Assembly (NCBI GenBank): GCA_028877045.1
Contig: JAGWPQ010000332.1
Span: 1 to 25,897, forward strand
Length of the DNA stretch: 25,897 bases
Origin: Bacteroidota bacterium
GTDB lineage: Bacteria; Bacteroidota; Bacteroidia; Chitinophagales; Chitinophagaceae
Reading direction: 5' to 3'
Shown: positions 1 through 8,427 of the stretch, one piece after another
How positions within the stretch are numbered: the first letter of the stretch is position 1
How the letters are laid out: every line of letters begins with the position of its first letter
Translations under genes and position numbers: made by a program
The notes under the pieces: model-generated
What the model was told of the DNA's origin: nothing
Database searches by the model: none
What the model saw: the letters and a program-made list of their open reading frames with translations, nothing else

Positions 1-42
1 GATTTAGTTTTTCTTTTTTTAGATTTTAGTTTTTATGAATTC

Positions 43-198
43 ACCCCCGCCTAAATGACAAAGTCGGGCAGGCTTCGAGAACAGGGTAGCAGTTCGTTAA
101 TTAAATGAAATAAAGTATTTGTCATGCTGAGGCACTCGAAGCATGCTGGACGAAAATCAGTTTTATTGAAATCTACCTTCAAGAGCTTCAGAGTGACA
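43..198. repeat. Cluster of REP-like imperfect inverted repeats (GTCAYSCTGA...TCGAA type)
   Basis: tgtcatgctgaggcactcgaa (120-140) and ttcaagagcttcagagtgaca (178-198) are inverted copies, 16/21 identical by hand alignment. A third, interrupted unit lies at 43-88 (caccccc...cttcgagaacagggta). Confidence 0.55.
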
Positions 199-232
199 GT
201 AAAAATCAGTTAATCAAATTAAATTAAAAACA

Positions 233-460
233 ATGAACATCATACAACGAATACAATCACCCACACCAACATTCTTTAAAAAACTAAGAAACATTGGTTT
301 GGTATTAGCAGCCATCAGCACAGCTATTGTAACAGCACCTGTGGCGCTGCCGGCTATAGCAACAACGATTGCAGGGTATGCAGCAGTGGGAGGAACTTTA
401 ATAGGAGCGGTAAGTCAATTAACAACATCAAACAACGGAAAAGGAGGATCGGATGGATAA
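233..460 (+). CDS. Small membrane protein, 75 aa (holin-like hypothetical)
   Basis: Basic N-terminus (PTPTFFKKLR) followed by two Ala/Gly/Val-rich hydrophobic segments, with an A-rich upstream region typical of Bacteroidota starts. The holin-like function is inference from topology only. Confidence 0.75.
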   Translation: MNIIQRIQSPTPTFFKKLRNIGLVLAAISTAIVTAPVALPAIATTIAGYAAVGGTLIGAVSQLTTSNNGKGGSDG

Positions 461-623
461 CGGAACAAAAGCGGGAACAGCAGGTGGTACATTATTGACG
501 ATCGTAATAAACATTAAAAGTGAAGACGTATTGAAAACAATGGTGCTTGCCGCCATAGGTGCGGTAATAAGTTTTGCTGTATCCTTATTATTAAAGTTGT
601 TTTTGAAACGATGGAAGCAATGA
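453..623 (+). CDS. Small membrane protein, 56 aa (not in ORF track)
   Basis: Hand translation from ATG453 to TGA623 gives MDNGTKAGTAGGTLLTIVINIKSEDVLKTMVLAAIGAVISFAVSLLLKLFLKRWKQ. It overlaps the previous stop by 8 nt and has a C-terminal TM helix with a basic tail. Confidence 0.75.
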   Translation: MDNGTKAGTAGGTLLTIVINIKSEDVLKTMVLAAIGAVISFAVSLLLKLFLKRWKQ

Positions 624-625
624 GG

Positions 626-649
626 AAAGCCCTGCTGATGCGGGGCTTT
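626..649. terminator. Intrinsic terminator-like hairpin between convergent genes
   Basis: aaagccctgc-tgat-gcggggcttt forms a 10-bp stem with one G-U pair, starting 2 nt after stop 623. Confidence 0.65.
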
Positions 650-839
650 ACCGGTAAGTTGTTTAAATTCTATTTTGTTGCAAGGGAGACAAGAATTGTT
701 AAGTTAAAGATTGATAACCCTGACCTTGCGAATTGTGATATATAAAACCTTTTTTTAAAAGTTGCTTTGCTGTCATCACTTTTCGATTGCAGGATTCTTT
801 CAAAATGAAAAGAAGAATGGAGAAATCAGAAATGAGCTT

Positions 840-1709
840 TTAAGTTTGTAAATACGATTTACGGTAATCAAGCGGGTTCTTTTTTGTTTTCTTTTTAAAA
901 TACCTGTTGAAATTAGAGAAATTATTAAACCCGCTTTCAAAGCATATTCTGCTGATGGGTTTATCTGTTTCAATTAAAAGTTTGCAGGCATGATTAATTT
1001 TTACTTCCAGTAAAAAATCGGAGAATGTTTTTTTTGTTCTTGTTTTAAAATACCTGCAAAAAGATTCGGGGCTCATGTGTACAAGAGAAGATACTTCTTT
1101 CAAACTGATCTTTTTAGAAAAGTGTTTCATGATGTATTGAAGAATGATATTCATTCTTTCAGATTCGTTTTGTTTGAAACTTAGTTCAAAATCTTTTGAT
1201 GAAACAGGTTTTAAATCTTTGGATACAGAAAGCGTATAAATAATTTCGAGTAATAAAATAATTCTTGCAGTATCGGTTGCATGTAAGAGTTGCTGCATCT
1301 TATCGCGAACCTCAGCTTTTGTTTTCTTTACGATCTTTAATCCATGTTTTGCTTTTTCGAAAAGGGTGTTGATATGTTTGTTTTCGGGCAGTTGTAAAAA
1401 CGCGGTACCAAAAACTTCAGGTAAAAAGTGAATGACGATGGACTCTGCCTTTAGCCGGGAATTGCTTCTGAAATATTTTTCATCGCATCTCCATAAATGC
1501 GGCAAACCTGAGCCGACCAGTATCATATCGCCCGGCTTAAAATGCTGCACGCTGTTGCCTATAAATTCTGTTCCTGTGCCGTTATGGATACTGACCAATT
1601 CGATTTCGGGATGAAAATGCCACTCATTAAAAAAATAAGGTACCGAATCGAGCCTTGCCCCAAAGGACTGCTGCGGTGTTAATGAAATCTTGAGTAGCTT
1701 GGGTTTCAT
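840..1709 (-). CDS. AraC family transcriptional regulator (cupin sensor + double HTH)
   Basis: N-terminal WHFHPEIELV...GSGLPH cupin motif and C-terminal HTH (SFCRYFK...ICFESGFNNFSNFNRYFKK). It is divergent from the lut/fucose operon. Confidence 0.95.
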   Translation of the reverse strand: MKPKLLKISLTPQQSFGARLDSVPYFFNEWHFHPEIELVSIHNGTGTEFIGNSVQHFKPGDMILVGSGLPHLWRCDEKYFRSNSRLKAESIVIHFLPEVFGTAFLQLPENKHINTLFEKAKHGLKIVKKTKAEVRDKMQQLLHATDTARIILLLEIIYTLSVSKDLKPVSSKDFELSFKQNESERMNIILQYIMKHFSKKISLKEVSSLVHMSPESFCRYFKTRTKKTFSDFLLEVKINHACKLLIETDKPISRICFESGFNNFSNFNRYFKKKTKKNPLDYRKSYLQT

Positions 1710-1759
1710 GACAAAATGATACTAAAATAACTTTTAGATGGTGAAATTAATTTAAAAAA

Positions 1760-1824
1760 GATAAAATAGTATCAAAAGATGATAAAACTGTTTCAAAACT
1801 TAATGGATATTGCTTTTACTTTTG
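1760..1824 (+). promoter_or_regulatory. Putative operon promoter: 18-bp direct repeats with 21-bp period plus TAnnTTTG -7 element
   Basis: gataaaatagtatcaaaa (1760-1777) and gataaaactgtttcaaaa (1781-1798) match at 15/18. TACTTTTG at 1817-1824 matches the Bacteroidota -7 consensus. Confidence 0.6.
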
Positions 1825-1876
1825 AAACCGACAATTAAATTGTTTTACTTCTATAGATGCCATAAACAAAGTACAC

Positions 1877-2611
1877 ATGACGGTTGGCTTATTTATACCT
1901 TGCTATATCGATCAGTTTTATCCCCAAGTGGGTATTGCTTCGTTAGAGCTGCTTGAAAAGTTAGGCTGCCGGGTTGTATTTCCAACTAAACAAACCTGTT
2001 GCGGCCAACCGATGGCTAATTCCGGTTTCGATCATTTGTCTGAAGGATGCAATAAAAATTTTGTAAATAATTTCGAGGGAATTGAATACATCGTTTGCCC
2101 TTCGGGAAGTTGCACATTGCATATAAAAGAACATCTTCATTATAAAGAAAAAGAACAGGAAGCAGAGCGCATAAGAAACAATGTTTATGAGCTTTCCGAA
2201 TTTTTAGTAGATGTGTTGCAGGTAAAAAATGTACAGGCAAAATTTCCATATAAAGTCGGATTTCATTCAAGCTGTCACGGACAAAGAGGCTTGCACCTTT
2301 CTTCCATGAGTGAAACGATGCAGCCGGCGTTTTCGAAGCCGGAGTTTTTGTTGAACATGGTTGATGGAATAGAGATTTCTCATACCGAAAGAGTTGATGA
2401 ATGTTGTGGTTTTGGCGGAACCTTTTCTGTGTTTGAAGAGGCTGTATCGGCGAGGATGGGGAAAGACAGGGTTGCAGCACATCAAAAAAACAATGTAAGT
2501 TATATAACAGGTGTTGATATGAGCTGCTTGATGCATTTGGAAGGAATATTGAAGAGGCAGAGAAGCGATATTAAAGTAATGCATTTTGCGGAAATACTTA
2601 ATCATGGGTAA
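1877..2611 (+). CDS. lutA: L-lactate utilization protein A (CCG-domain Fe-S protein, LutA/LldE)
   Basis: Two cysteine-rich CCG domains (TCCGQP...CPSGSC; HSSCH...ECCGFGGTF...DMSCLMH). It sits upstream of lutB and lutC homologs. Confidence 0.92.
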   Translation: MTVGLFIPCYIDQFYPQVGIASLELLEKLGCRVVFPTKQTCCGQPMANSGFDHLSEGCNKNFVNNFEGIEYIVCPSGSCTLHIKEHLHYKEKEQEAERIRNNVYELSEFLVDVLQVKNVQAKFPYKVGFHSSCHGQRGLHLSSMSETMQPAFSKPEFLLNMVDGIEISHTERVDECCGFGGTFSVFEEAVSARMGKDRVAAHQKNNVSYITGVDMSCLMHLEGILKRQRSDIKVMHFAEILNHG

Positions 2612-2647
2612 TTATCGTGGTTTTATAAGCAACCGTTAGTGTTAAAA

Positions 2648-2676
2648 AAAAGGGCAATTTCTATTGCCCTTTTCTT
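2648..2676 (+). terminator. Terminator-like hairpin inside the operon (lutA-lutB intergenic)
   Basis: aaaagggcaat-ttct-attgccctttt is a perfect 11-bp stem, followed by ctt and preceded by an A tract. Confidence 0.55.
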
Positions 2677-2711
2677 AAAAAAGAATGAAGGACTGATTGA
2701 AAATTGCAGAT

Positions 2712-4088
2712 ATGAAAGAAGCCATTATAAATCATGCACAAAGTGCAAAACAATTCAACACGGATGAAGCCCGTGTTAATTGGCATGATGAAACATTATG
2801 GATGGTGAGGTCGAAAAGAGATAAAGCAGCGAAGAGTGTTGAAGAGTGGGAAACATTACGCTCATTGGCATCTTCAGTTAAAGAACATACTTTATCGAAC
2901 TTGAATGAATATTTAATTGAGTTTGAAAAACAGGCAAACAAAAACGGCGTAAAAGTTTATTGGGCAGCAGATGCAAAAGAACACAACGAAATTGTTTTGA
3001 AAATCATTAATGAAGAAAAGATTTCGAAAGTTGTTAAGAGCAAAAGCATGCTCACCGAAGAATGCCATCTTAATAAATATCTTGAACAAAACGGAATAGA
3101 AGTAGTTGATACAGATTTGGGAGAACGCATTGTTCAGTTCAGAAAAGAAATACCGAGTCATATTGTACTTCCTGCAATTCATTTAAAAAAATCGGATGTA
3201 AGTGAAACGTTTAATCAATATTTAGGCACAGAAAAAAATAATACAGACCCGCAATATTTAACATCGGCGGCAAGGGTTCATTTAAGAGAAAAATTTCTTT
3301 CGTCTGAAGTTGCAATAACAGGTGTCAATTTTGCCATTGCAGAAACAGGTGCTGTTGTAGTTTGTACCAACGAAGGCAATGCCGATATGGGCGTTCATGC
3401 AGCCCGTGTACATATTGCATCTATGGGCATTGAAAAAATTATTCCCAAAGCAAATCATCTTGGAATTTTTTTACGTTTGCTGGCCCGCAGTGCAACGGGG
3501 CAACCTATAACAACTTATTCAAGTCATTATCACCGGGCCCGCGAAGGTGCCTCGATGCATATTGTAATTGTAGATAATGGTCGCAGCCGGCAATTGGCAA
3601 ACGAAAACTTCAGGAATTCTTTGAAGTGTATCAGGTGCGGTGCATGTTTCAATACTTGTCCGGTTTACAGAAGAAGCAGCGGCCACAGTTATCATAATGC
3701 CATCGCAGGGCCAATAGGATCGGTGCTTGCACCCAATATGGATAAGCAAAAAAATTATGATCTTCCTTTCGCATCTACTTTATGCGGTTCCTGCACAAAT
3801 GTTTGCCCGGTTAAAATTAACCTGCACGAGCAGTTATGGAAATGGCGGCAATTATTAACAGAGGAAGGATATGTATCGGTCGGCAAAAAAATGATGATGA
3901 AAATAATGGCATTTGTTTTATCATATCCATTATTGTATCAGATTGCAGGTAAGTCGGCACGTTTTGCATTAACTTATTTTCCTTTCATGCTGAAAATCAA
4001 AAAAATAAATCCGTGGTATGTTAACCGCGAAATGCCGCAGGCACCAAAACAAAGTTTTACATCATGGTATATTCAACATAAAAAATGA
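2712..4088 (+). CDS. lutB: L-lactate utilization protein B (LutB/LldF, Fe-S binding)
   Basis: ETDLGE-like DTDLGERIVQ motif, PSHIVLPAIH, and ferredoxin motifs CIRCGACFNTCP and STLCGSCTNVCP. The start is placed at ATG2712 rather than TTG2697. Confidence 0.93.
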   Translation: MKEAIINHAQSAKQFNTDEARVNWHDETLWMVRSKRDKAAKSVEEWETLRSLASSVKEHTLSNLNEYLIEFEKQANKNGVKVYWAADAKEHNEIVLKIINEEKISKVVKSKSMLTEECHLNKYLEQNGIEVVDTDLGERIVQFRKEIPSHIVLPAIHLKKSDVSETFNQYLGTEKNNTDPQYLTSAARVHLREKFLSSEVAITGVNFAIAETGAVVVCTNEGNADMGVHAARVHIASMGIEKIIPKANHLGIFLRLLARSATGQPITTYSSHYHRAREGASMHIVIVDNGRSRQLANENFRNSLKCIRCGACFNTCPVYRRSSGHSYHNAIAGPIGSVLAPNMDKQKNYDLPFASTLCGSCTNVCPVKINLHEQLWKWRQLLTEEGYVSVGKKMMMKIMAFVLSYPLLYQIAGKSARFALTYFPFMLKIKKINPWYVNREMPQAPKQSFTSWYIQHKK

Positions 4089-4669
4089 ACAGCAGGCAAA
4101 AAATATTAGACAATATCGAAAAAAATAAACCGGCATTTGTTTCATTGCCCGATACAAAAAATCTTTTTGCAACGGGTAATGAAAATGTTGTAAAAAAATT
4201 TTCAGAAGTGCTGGAAAGTATTTCTTCAACAGTAAAAAAAGTAAATGGCTGGCAGGATATCCCGGATGAAATATCAGGTTTAAAAAATAATGGTAATTAT
4301 GTTTTAAATGCTGTGGAAGAAATAAATAATGACCGGGAAATCATCATCAATAAAACAAAAGACGAATTAGAGAAATCGGATTATGTATTTATAAAAGGAG
4401 AAATTGCTGTGGCAGAAAATGGCGCTGTTTGGGTAACTGAGAAAAATGCCGCAAACAGGCTGCTGCCCTTTATTTGCAGACATTTATGTTTGATTATTGA
4501 TTCGAAAAACATTGTTCATAATATGCACGATGCGTACGAAAAAATTAAAATCGATGAAACCGGTTTTGGTGTATTTATTTCTGGTCCGTCAAAAACTGCC
4601 GACATTGAACAATCGCTTGTAATTGGCGCACATGGGGCATTGGATTTAACTGTTTATATTATTCAATAA
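4085..4669 (+). CDS. lutC: L-lactate utilization protein C (LutC/LldG, LUD domain)
   Basis: AVAENGAVW and ISGPSKTADIEQSLVIGAHG motifs; ATGA overlap with lutB. Confidence 0.92.
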   Translation: MNSRQKILDNIEKNKPAFVSLPDTKNLFATGNENVVKKFSEVLESISSTVKKVNGWQDIPDEISGLKNNGNYVLNAVEEINNDREIIINKTKDELEKSDYVFIKGEIAVAENGAVWVTEKNAANRLLPFICRHLCLIIDSKNIVHNMHDAYEKIKIDETGFGVFISGPSKTADIEQSLVIGAHGALDLTVYIIQ

Positions 4670-4677
4670 ATTTTACG

Positions 4678-6336
4678 ATGAGCGGACTTCAAAAAAATAA
4701 AGTAATTAAAATTCATCCTTCCGATAATGTATTGGTTGCATTAACCGATCTTATAAAAGGCGAAACAATTTTGTATAACAACGAAACATTCATCGTTCAA
4801 AATAATATCCCTGCGAAACATAAATTCTTTACGGTACACTTAAAAAAAGGTGCCGAAGTTTTTATGTATGGTGTACTGGTTGGTAAACTGCAGTGCGATG
4901 TGGCAAAAGGCGAATTGATGACAACAGAAAATACCAAACACGCAGCGCAGGAATATGCATACCGAAAAACAAATTATAAATGGGTTGCCCCCGATGTTTC
5001 GAAATTTGCAAATAAAACTTTTAACGGCTATTACAGAAAAGATGGAAAAGTGGGCACTGCCAATTATTGGTTATTTGTGCCAACAGTTTTTTGCGAAAAC
5101 AGAAACCTTGATGTTATAAAAGAAGCATTGCATCAGGCATTGGGTTATGCTGTTACAGATAAGTATAAACTATACGCAACACATTTGGTTGAAGCATACA
5201 AAGAAGGGAAAGAAATTGCAGGCGAAGATTTGCTTGATATTTCTCTCTCAAAAAAATCAAATGACAGGTTATTTAAAAATATTGATGGCATAAAATTTCT
5301 CAATCACAGTGGTGGTTGCGGCGGCACCAGGCAAGATGCAGCAACGTTGAGTAAATTGCTGGCAGCGTATGCCGATCATCCCAATGTTGCAGGTGTAACG
5401 GTTTTAAGTTTAGGTTGTCAGCATTTGCAGGTGGATGATTTTTTAAAAGATGTGAAAGAAAGAAATCCTTCTTTCGATAAACCTGTTCTAATTTTTGAAC
5501 AACAGGAATTATTGAGTGAAGAAATATTGATTCAGCAAGCCATCCAACAAACATTTATTCATTTAATTGAAGTAAATAAAGCGGAGCGCAAACCGGCAAC
5601 ATTGGATAAGTTATGTATTGGCGTAAAATGCGGTGGCAGCGATGGTTTCAGCGGAATATCGGCTAACCCGGCAGTAGGTTATTGTGCCGATCTGGTTGTT
5701 GCATTGGGAGGTAAAATTTTGTTGGCGGAATTTCCTGAATTATGTGGTGCCGAGCAGGAATTGATTGACAGATGTGTGAGTGAAGATGCCGCAAGTAAAT
5801 TTATTCATTTAATGAAAACTTATGATGCACAGGCACATTCAGTTGGCTCGGGTTTTCAAATGAACCCGTCACCGGGAAATATAAAAGACGGGTTAATAAC
5901 TGATGCCATTAAAAGTATTGGTGCCTGCAAAAAAGGTGGTTCGGCTCCCGTAACGGATGTGCTCGATTATACAGAGCCTGCCGTTAAACCCGGATTGAAT
6001 TTAGTTTGTACGCCGGGAAATGATGTTGAAGCAACAACAGGAAAAGCGGCAAGTGGTGCAACACTTATTTTATTCACAACAGGTCTGGGAACACCAACAG
6101 GCAACCCTGTTTGCCCGGTTATTAAAATTGCTACCAATAATAAATTGGCAAAAAAAATGAGTGATATAATTGATATTAATACAGGTGCCATTATTGACGG
6201 AACAAAAACAATTGAGGAAATGGGTATTGAAATATTAGACTATTGCATTAAAGCAGCAAGCGGCGAAATTGTTCCTAAAGCAGTATTATTAAACCAGGAT
6301 GATTTTATTCCGTGGAAACGCGGTGTTTCTCTTTAA
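4678..6336 (+). CDS. UxaA/GarD-family (altronate dehydratase-like) sugar-acid dehydratase; by context a candidate L-fuconate dehydratase
   Basis: N-terminal SAF domain (IHPSDNVLVAL...IPAKHKF), HSGGCG, GVKCGGSDGFSGISANPAVG and FTTGLGTPTGNP motifs. The substrate is inferred from context only. Confidence 0.9.
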   Translation: MSGLQKNKVIKIHPSDNVLVALTDLIKGETILYNNETFIVQNNIPAKHKFFTVHLKKGAEVFMYGVLVGKLQCDVAKGELMTTENTKHAAQEYAYRKTNYKWVAPDVSKFANKTFNGYYRKDGKVGTANYWLFVPTVFCENRNLDVIKEALHQALGYAVTDKYKLYATHLVEAYKEGKEIAGEDLLDISLSKKSNDRLFKNIDGIKFLNHSGGCGGTRQDAATLSKLLAAYADHPNVAGVTVLSLGCQHLQVDDFLKDVKERNPSFDKPVLIFEQQELLSEEILIQQAIQQTFIHLIEVNKAERKPATLDKLCIGVKCGGSDGFSGISANPAVGYCADLVVALGGKILLAEFPELCGAEQELIDRCVSEDAASKFIHLMKTYDAQAHSVGSGFQMNPSPGNIKDGLITDAIKSIGACKKGGSAPVTDVLDYTEPAVKPGLNLVCTPGNDVEATTGKAASGATLILFTTGLGTPTGNPVCPVIKIATNNKLAKKMSDIIDINTGAIIDGTKTIEEMGIEILDYCIKAASGEIVPKAVLLNQDDFIPWKRGVSL

Positions 6337-6368
6337 AAAATATTTTTAAATCTTTAAAACAGAAAAAT

Positions 6369-7133
6369 ATGTTTCAGTTAAACAAAAAAATTGCAGTGGT
6401 AACAGGCGGTGGAAGCGGCATTGGCAGGGCTGTTGCACATGCATTGTCGAAACAAGGTGCATTGGTTTATATTGTTGATTTAAATATTGCTGATGCAGAG
6501 AAAGTTGTGAATGAAATAAAAAATGATGCCGGTAATGCTGTTGCAAAAAATTGCGATGTAAGTAACCAGCAACAGGTAAAAGAAGTTTTTGATCAAATTG
6601 GCAAACACGATATTTTGGTTAACAGTGCAGGTGTTTCGCACATTGGTAAAGCCGATAATACTTCTGCCGAAGATTTCGACAGGGTAATAAATGTTAACGT
6701 AAAAGGAGTGTATAATTGTTTGCATGTGTCTGTTCCGTTATTAAAAATAAATGGCGGAGGTGTTATCATCAATTTATGTTCAATTGCAGCACATGTTGGA
6801 TTGAATGACCGCTTTGCTTATTCAATGAGTAAAGGTGCCGTTTATGCAATGACATTAAGTGTTGCGAAAGATTATATAAACGATAATATCCGTTGCAATT
6901 GCATTTCGCCGGCACGTGTGCATACGCCTTTTGTGGATGGATTTTTAGCTAAAAATTATCCCGGCAAGGAGGCCGAAATGTTTGAAAAATTATCTAAGTC
7001 GCAACCTATCGGAAGGATGGCAAAGCCTGCTGAAATTGCATCATTGATTGTGTTTCTTTCTTCCGATGAAGCGTCATTCATTACCGGCACCGATTATCCT
7101 ATTGACGGTGGTTTTATAACACTGAATAATTAA
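6369..7133 (+). CDS. SDR oxidoreductase, likely 2-keto-3-deoxy-L-fuconate 4-dehydrogenase
   Basis: TGGGSGIG cofactor motif and YSMSK catalytic motif, next to an FAH hydrolase. The start is moved to ATG6369 because ATG6312 overlaps the upstream gene. Confidence 0.85.
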   Translation: MFQLNKKIAVVTGGGSGIGRAVAHALSKQGALVYIVDLNIADAEKVVNEIKNDAGNAVAKNCDVSNQQQVKEVFDQIGKHDILVNSAGVSHIGKADNTSAEDFDRVINVNVKGVYNCLHVSVPLLKINGGGVIINLCSIAAHVGLNDRFAYSMSKGAVYAMTLSVAKDYINDNIRCNCISPARVHTPFVDGFLAKNYPGKEAEMFEKLSKSQPIGRMAKPAEIASLIVFLSSDEASFITGTDYPIDGGFITLNN

Positions 7134-7151
7134 CCATAAAAAAATAGTCAC

Positions 7152-8009
7152 ATGAAATTAATCAGATACGGGGCGTTTAACGAGGAGAAACCCGCTGTCA
7201 TTATCGATGAAGAATATTATGATGTTTCTTCTTTGGTTAAAGATTTTGATGAACAATTTTTTGCCGGCAATGGCCTTGTTAGTTTAGCAACTGCCATCAA
7301 AGAAAATAACCCTTCCATAAAAAAAATAGATAAGAATATTCGTTTGGGTTGCCCTGTTGCAAAGCCGTCGAAGATTGTTTGTATTGGATTAAATTATGCC
7401 GATCATGCTAAAGAAACCGGTGCCATACCTCCGGCAGAACCAGTGATCTTTTTTAAATCAACTACTGCAATTGTTGGTCCTGATGATGATATTATCATTC
7501 CTAAAAATTCTGTAAAAACAGATTGGGAAGTAGAGCTTGCAGTTATCATTGGTAAGAAAACAAGTTATGTTGATGAAGCAGATGCACACGAATATATTGC
7601 CGGATATTGTTTGCATAACGATGTTAGCGAACGTGCTTTTCAGTTAGAAAAATGCGGCACATGGGATAAAGGAAAAGGCTGCGATACTTTTGCACCGCTT
7701 GGCCCATTTGTCGTTACTAAAGATGAAGTAAAAGATGTAGATAACCTTCGTTTATGGTTATCGGTTAACGGAAAGATGATGCAGGATGGAAATACTTCAA
7801 ACCTGATTTTTAAAATCCCTTTTTTAATTTCTTATATCAGTCAGTTCATGACTTTATTGCCCGGCGATATTATTTCAACCGGAACCCCTGCCGGTGTCGG
7901 TTTGGGAATGAAACCTGAAGTTTATTTAAAACACGGCGACATTGTGGAATTAGGCATCGAAGGCATGGGAACATCAAAACAAAAAGTAAAAGATTATATA
8001 AAGGAATAA
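7152..8009 (+). CDS. Fumarylacetoacetate hydrolase family protein, likely 2,4-diketo-3-deoxy-L-fuconate hydrolase
   Basis: KIVCIGLNYADH, DWEVEL, NDVSER, WDKGK and STGTPAGVG FAH motifs. Confidence 0.9.
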   Translation: MKLIRYGAFNEEKPAVIIDEEYYDVSSLVKDFDEQFFAGNGLVSLATAIKENNPSIKKIDKNIRLGCPVAKPSKIVCIGLNYADHAKETGAIPPAEPVIFFKSTTAIVGPDDDIIIPKNSVKTDWEVELAVIIGKKTSYVDEADAHEYIAGYCLHNDVSERAFQLEKCGTWDKGKGCDTFAPLGPFVVTKDEVKDVDNLRLWLSVNGKMMQDGNTSNLIFKIPFLISYISQFMTLLPGDIISTGTPAGVGLGMKPEVYLKHGDIVELGIEGMGTSKQKVKDYIKE

Positions 8010-8017
8010 TGAGTGCA

Positions 8018-8052
8018 AAAGAGAAAAGTGAAATGTGAAAAGTGAATTGAGA
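8018..8052 (+). repeat. Degenerate heptamer tandem repeat (consensus AAAGTGA, 5 units)
   Basis: aaagaga aaagtga aatgtga aaagtga attgaga, located in the FAH-mutarotase intergenic region. Confidence 0.5.
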
Positions 8053-8085
8053 AAGAGCCAATAATTAATTTTTAAATATTGATTT

Positions 8086-8421
8086 ATGCAACGATTTTGC
8101 CTGGCATTGGATTTAAAAAATGATCCTTCATTAATTGCCGAATATGAAAAATATCATCGGGAAGGTTGGCCCGAAATAAAAAAAAGTATCAAAGATTCGG
8201 GTATTATTAATCTTGATATTTACAGGATCGAGAACAGGCTGTTCATGATTATTGAAGCCGATGATAATTTCTCTTTCGAAAAGAAAGCAAAGATGGATGC
8301 TGCCAATGAAAAAGTTCAGGAATGGGAAACATTAATGTGGAAATATCAACAGGCATTGCCTTCGGCTAAGCAGGGCGAGAAATGGTTGTTGATGAAACAA
8401 ATATTTGATCTTAATTCCTGA
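8086..8421 (+). CDS. L-rhamnose mutarotase family protein (likely L-fucose mutarotase)
   Basis: 111 aa with EYEKYH...WPEI...GI..LDIY and EWETLMW motifs of the RhaM-like family. Confidence 0.88.
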   Translation: MQRFCLALDLKNDPSLIAEYEKYHREGWPEIKKSIKDSGIINLDIYRIENRLFMIIEADDNFSFEKKAKMDAANEKVQEWETLMWKYQQALPSAKQGEKWLLMKQIFDLNS

Positions 8422-8427
8422 TAAGTT

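Noticed and set aside
638-745. 35-aa plus-strand ORF (MRGFTGKLFKFYF...) after the small membrane genes
   Set aside because: It starts inside the terminator hairpin, has no motif and has no supporting start context.
2697-2711. TTG start for lutB
   Set aside because: ATG2712 is in frame and more plausible. There is no evidence for the five extra residues.
6312-6368. Longer N-terminus for the SDR (METRCFSL...)
   Set aside because: It overlaps the dehydratase C-terminus. ATG6369 gives a normal SDR start just before the TGxxxGIG strand.
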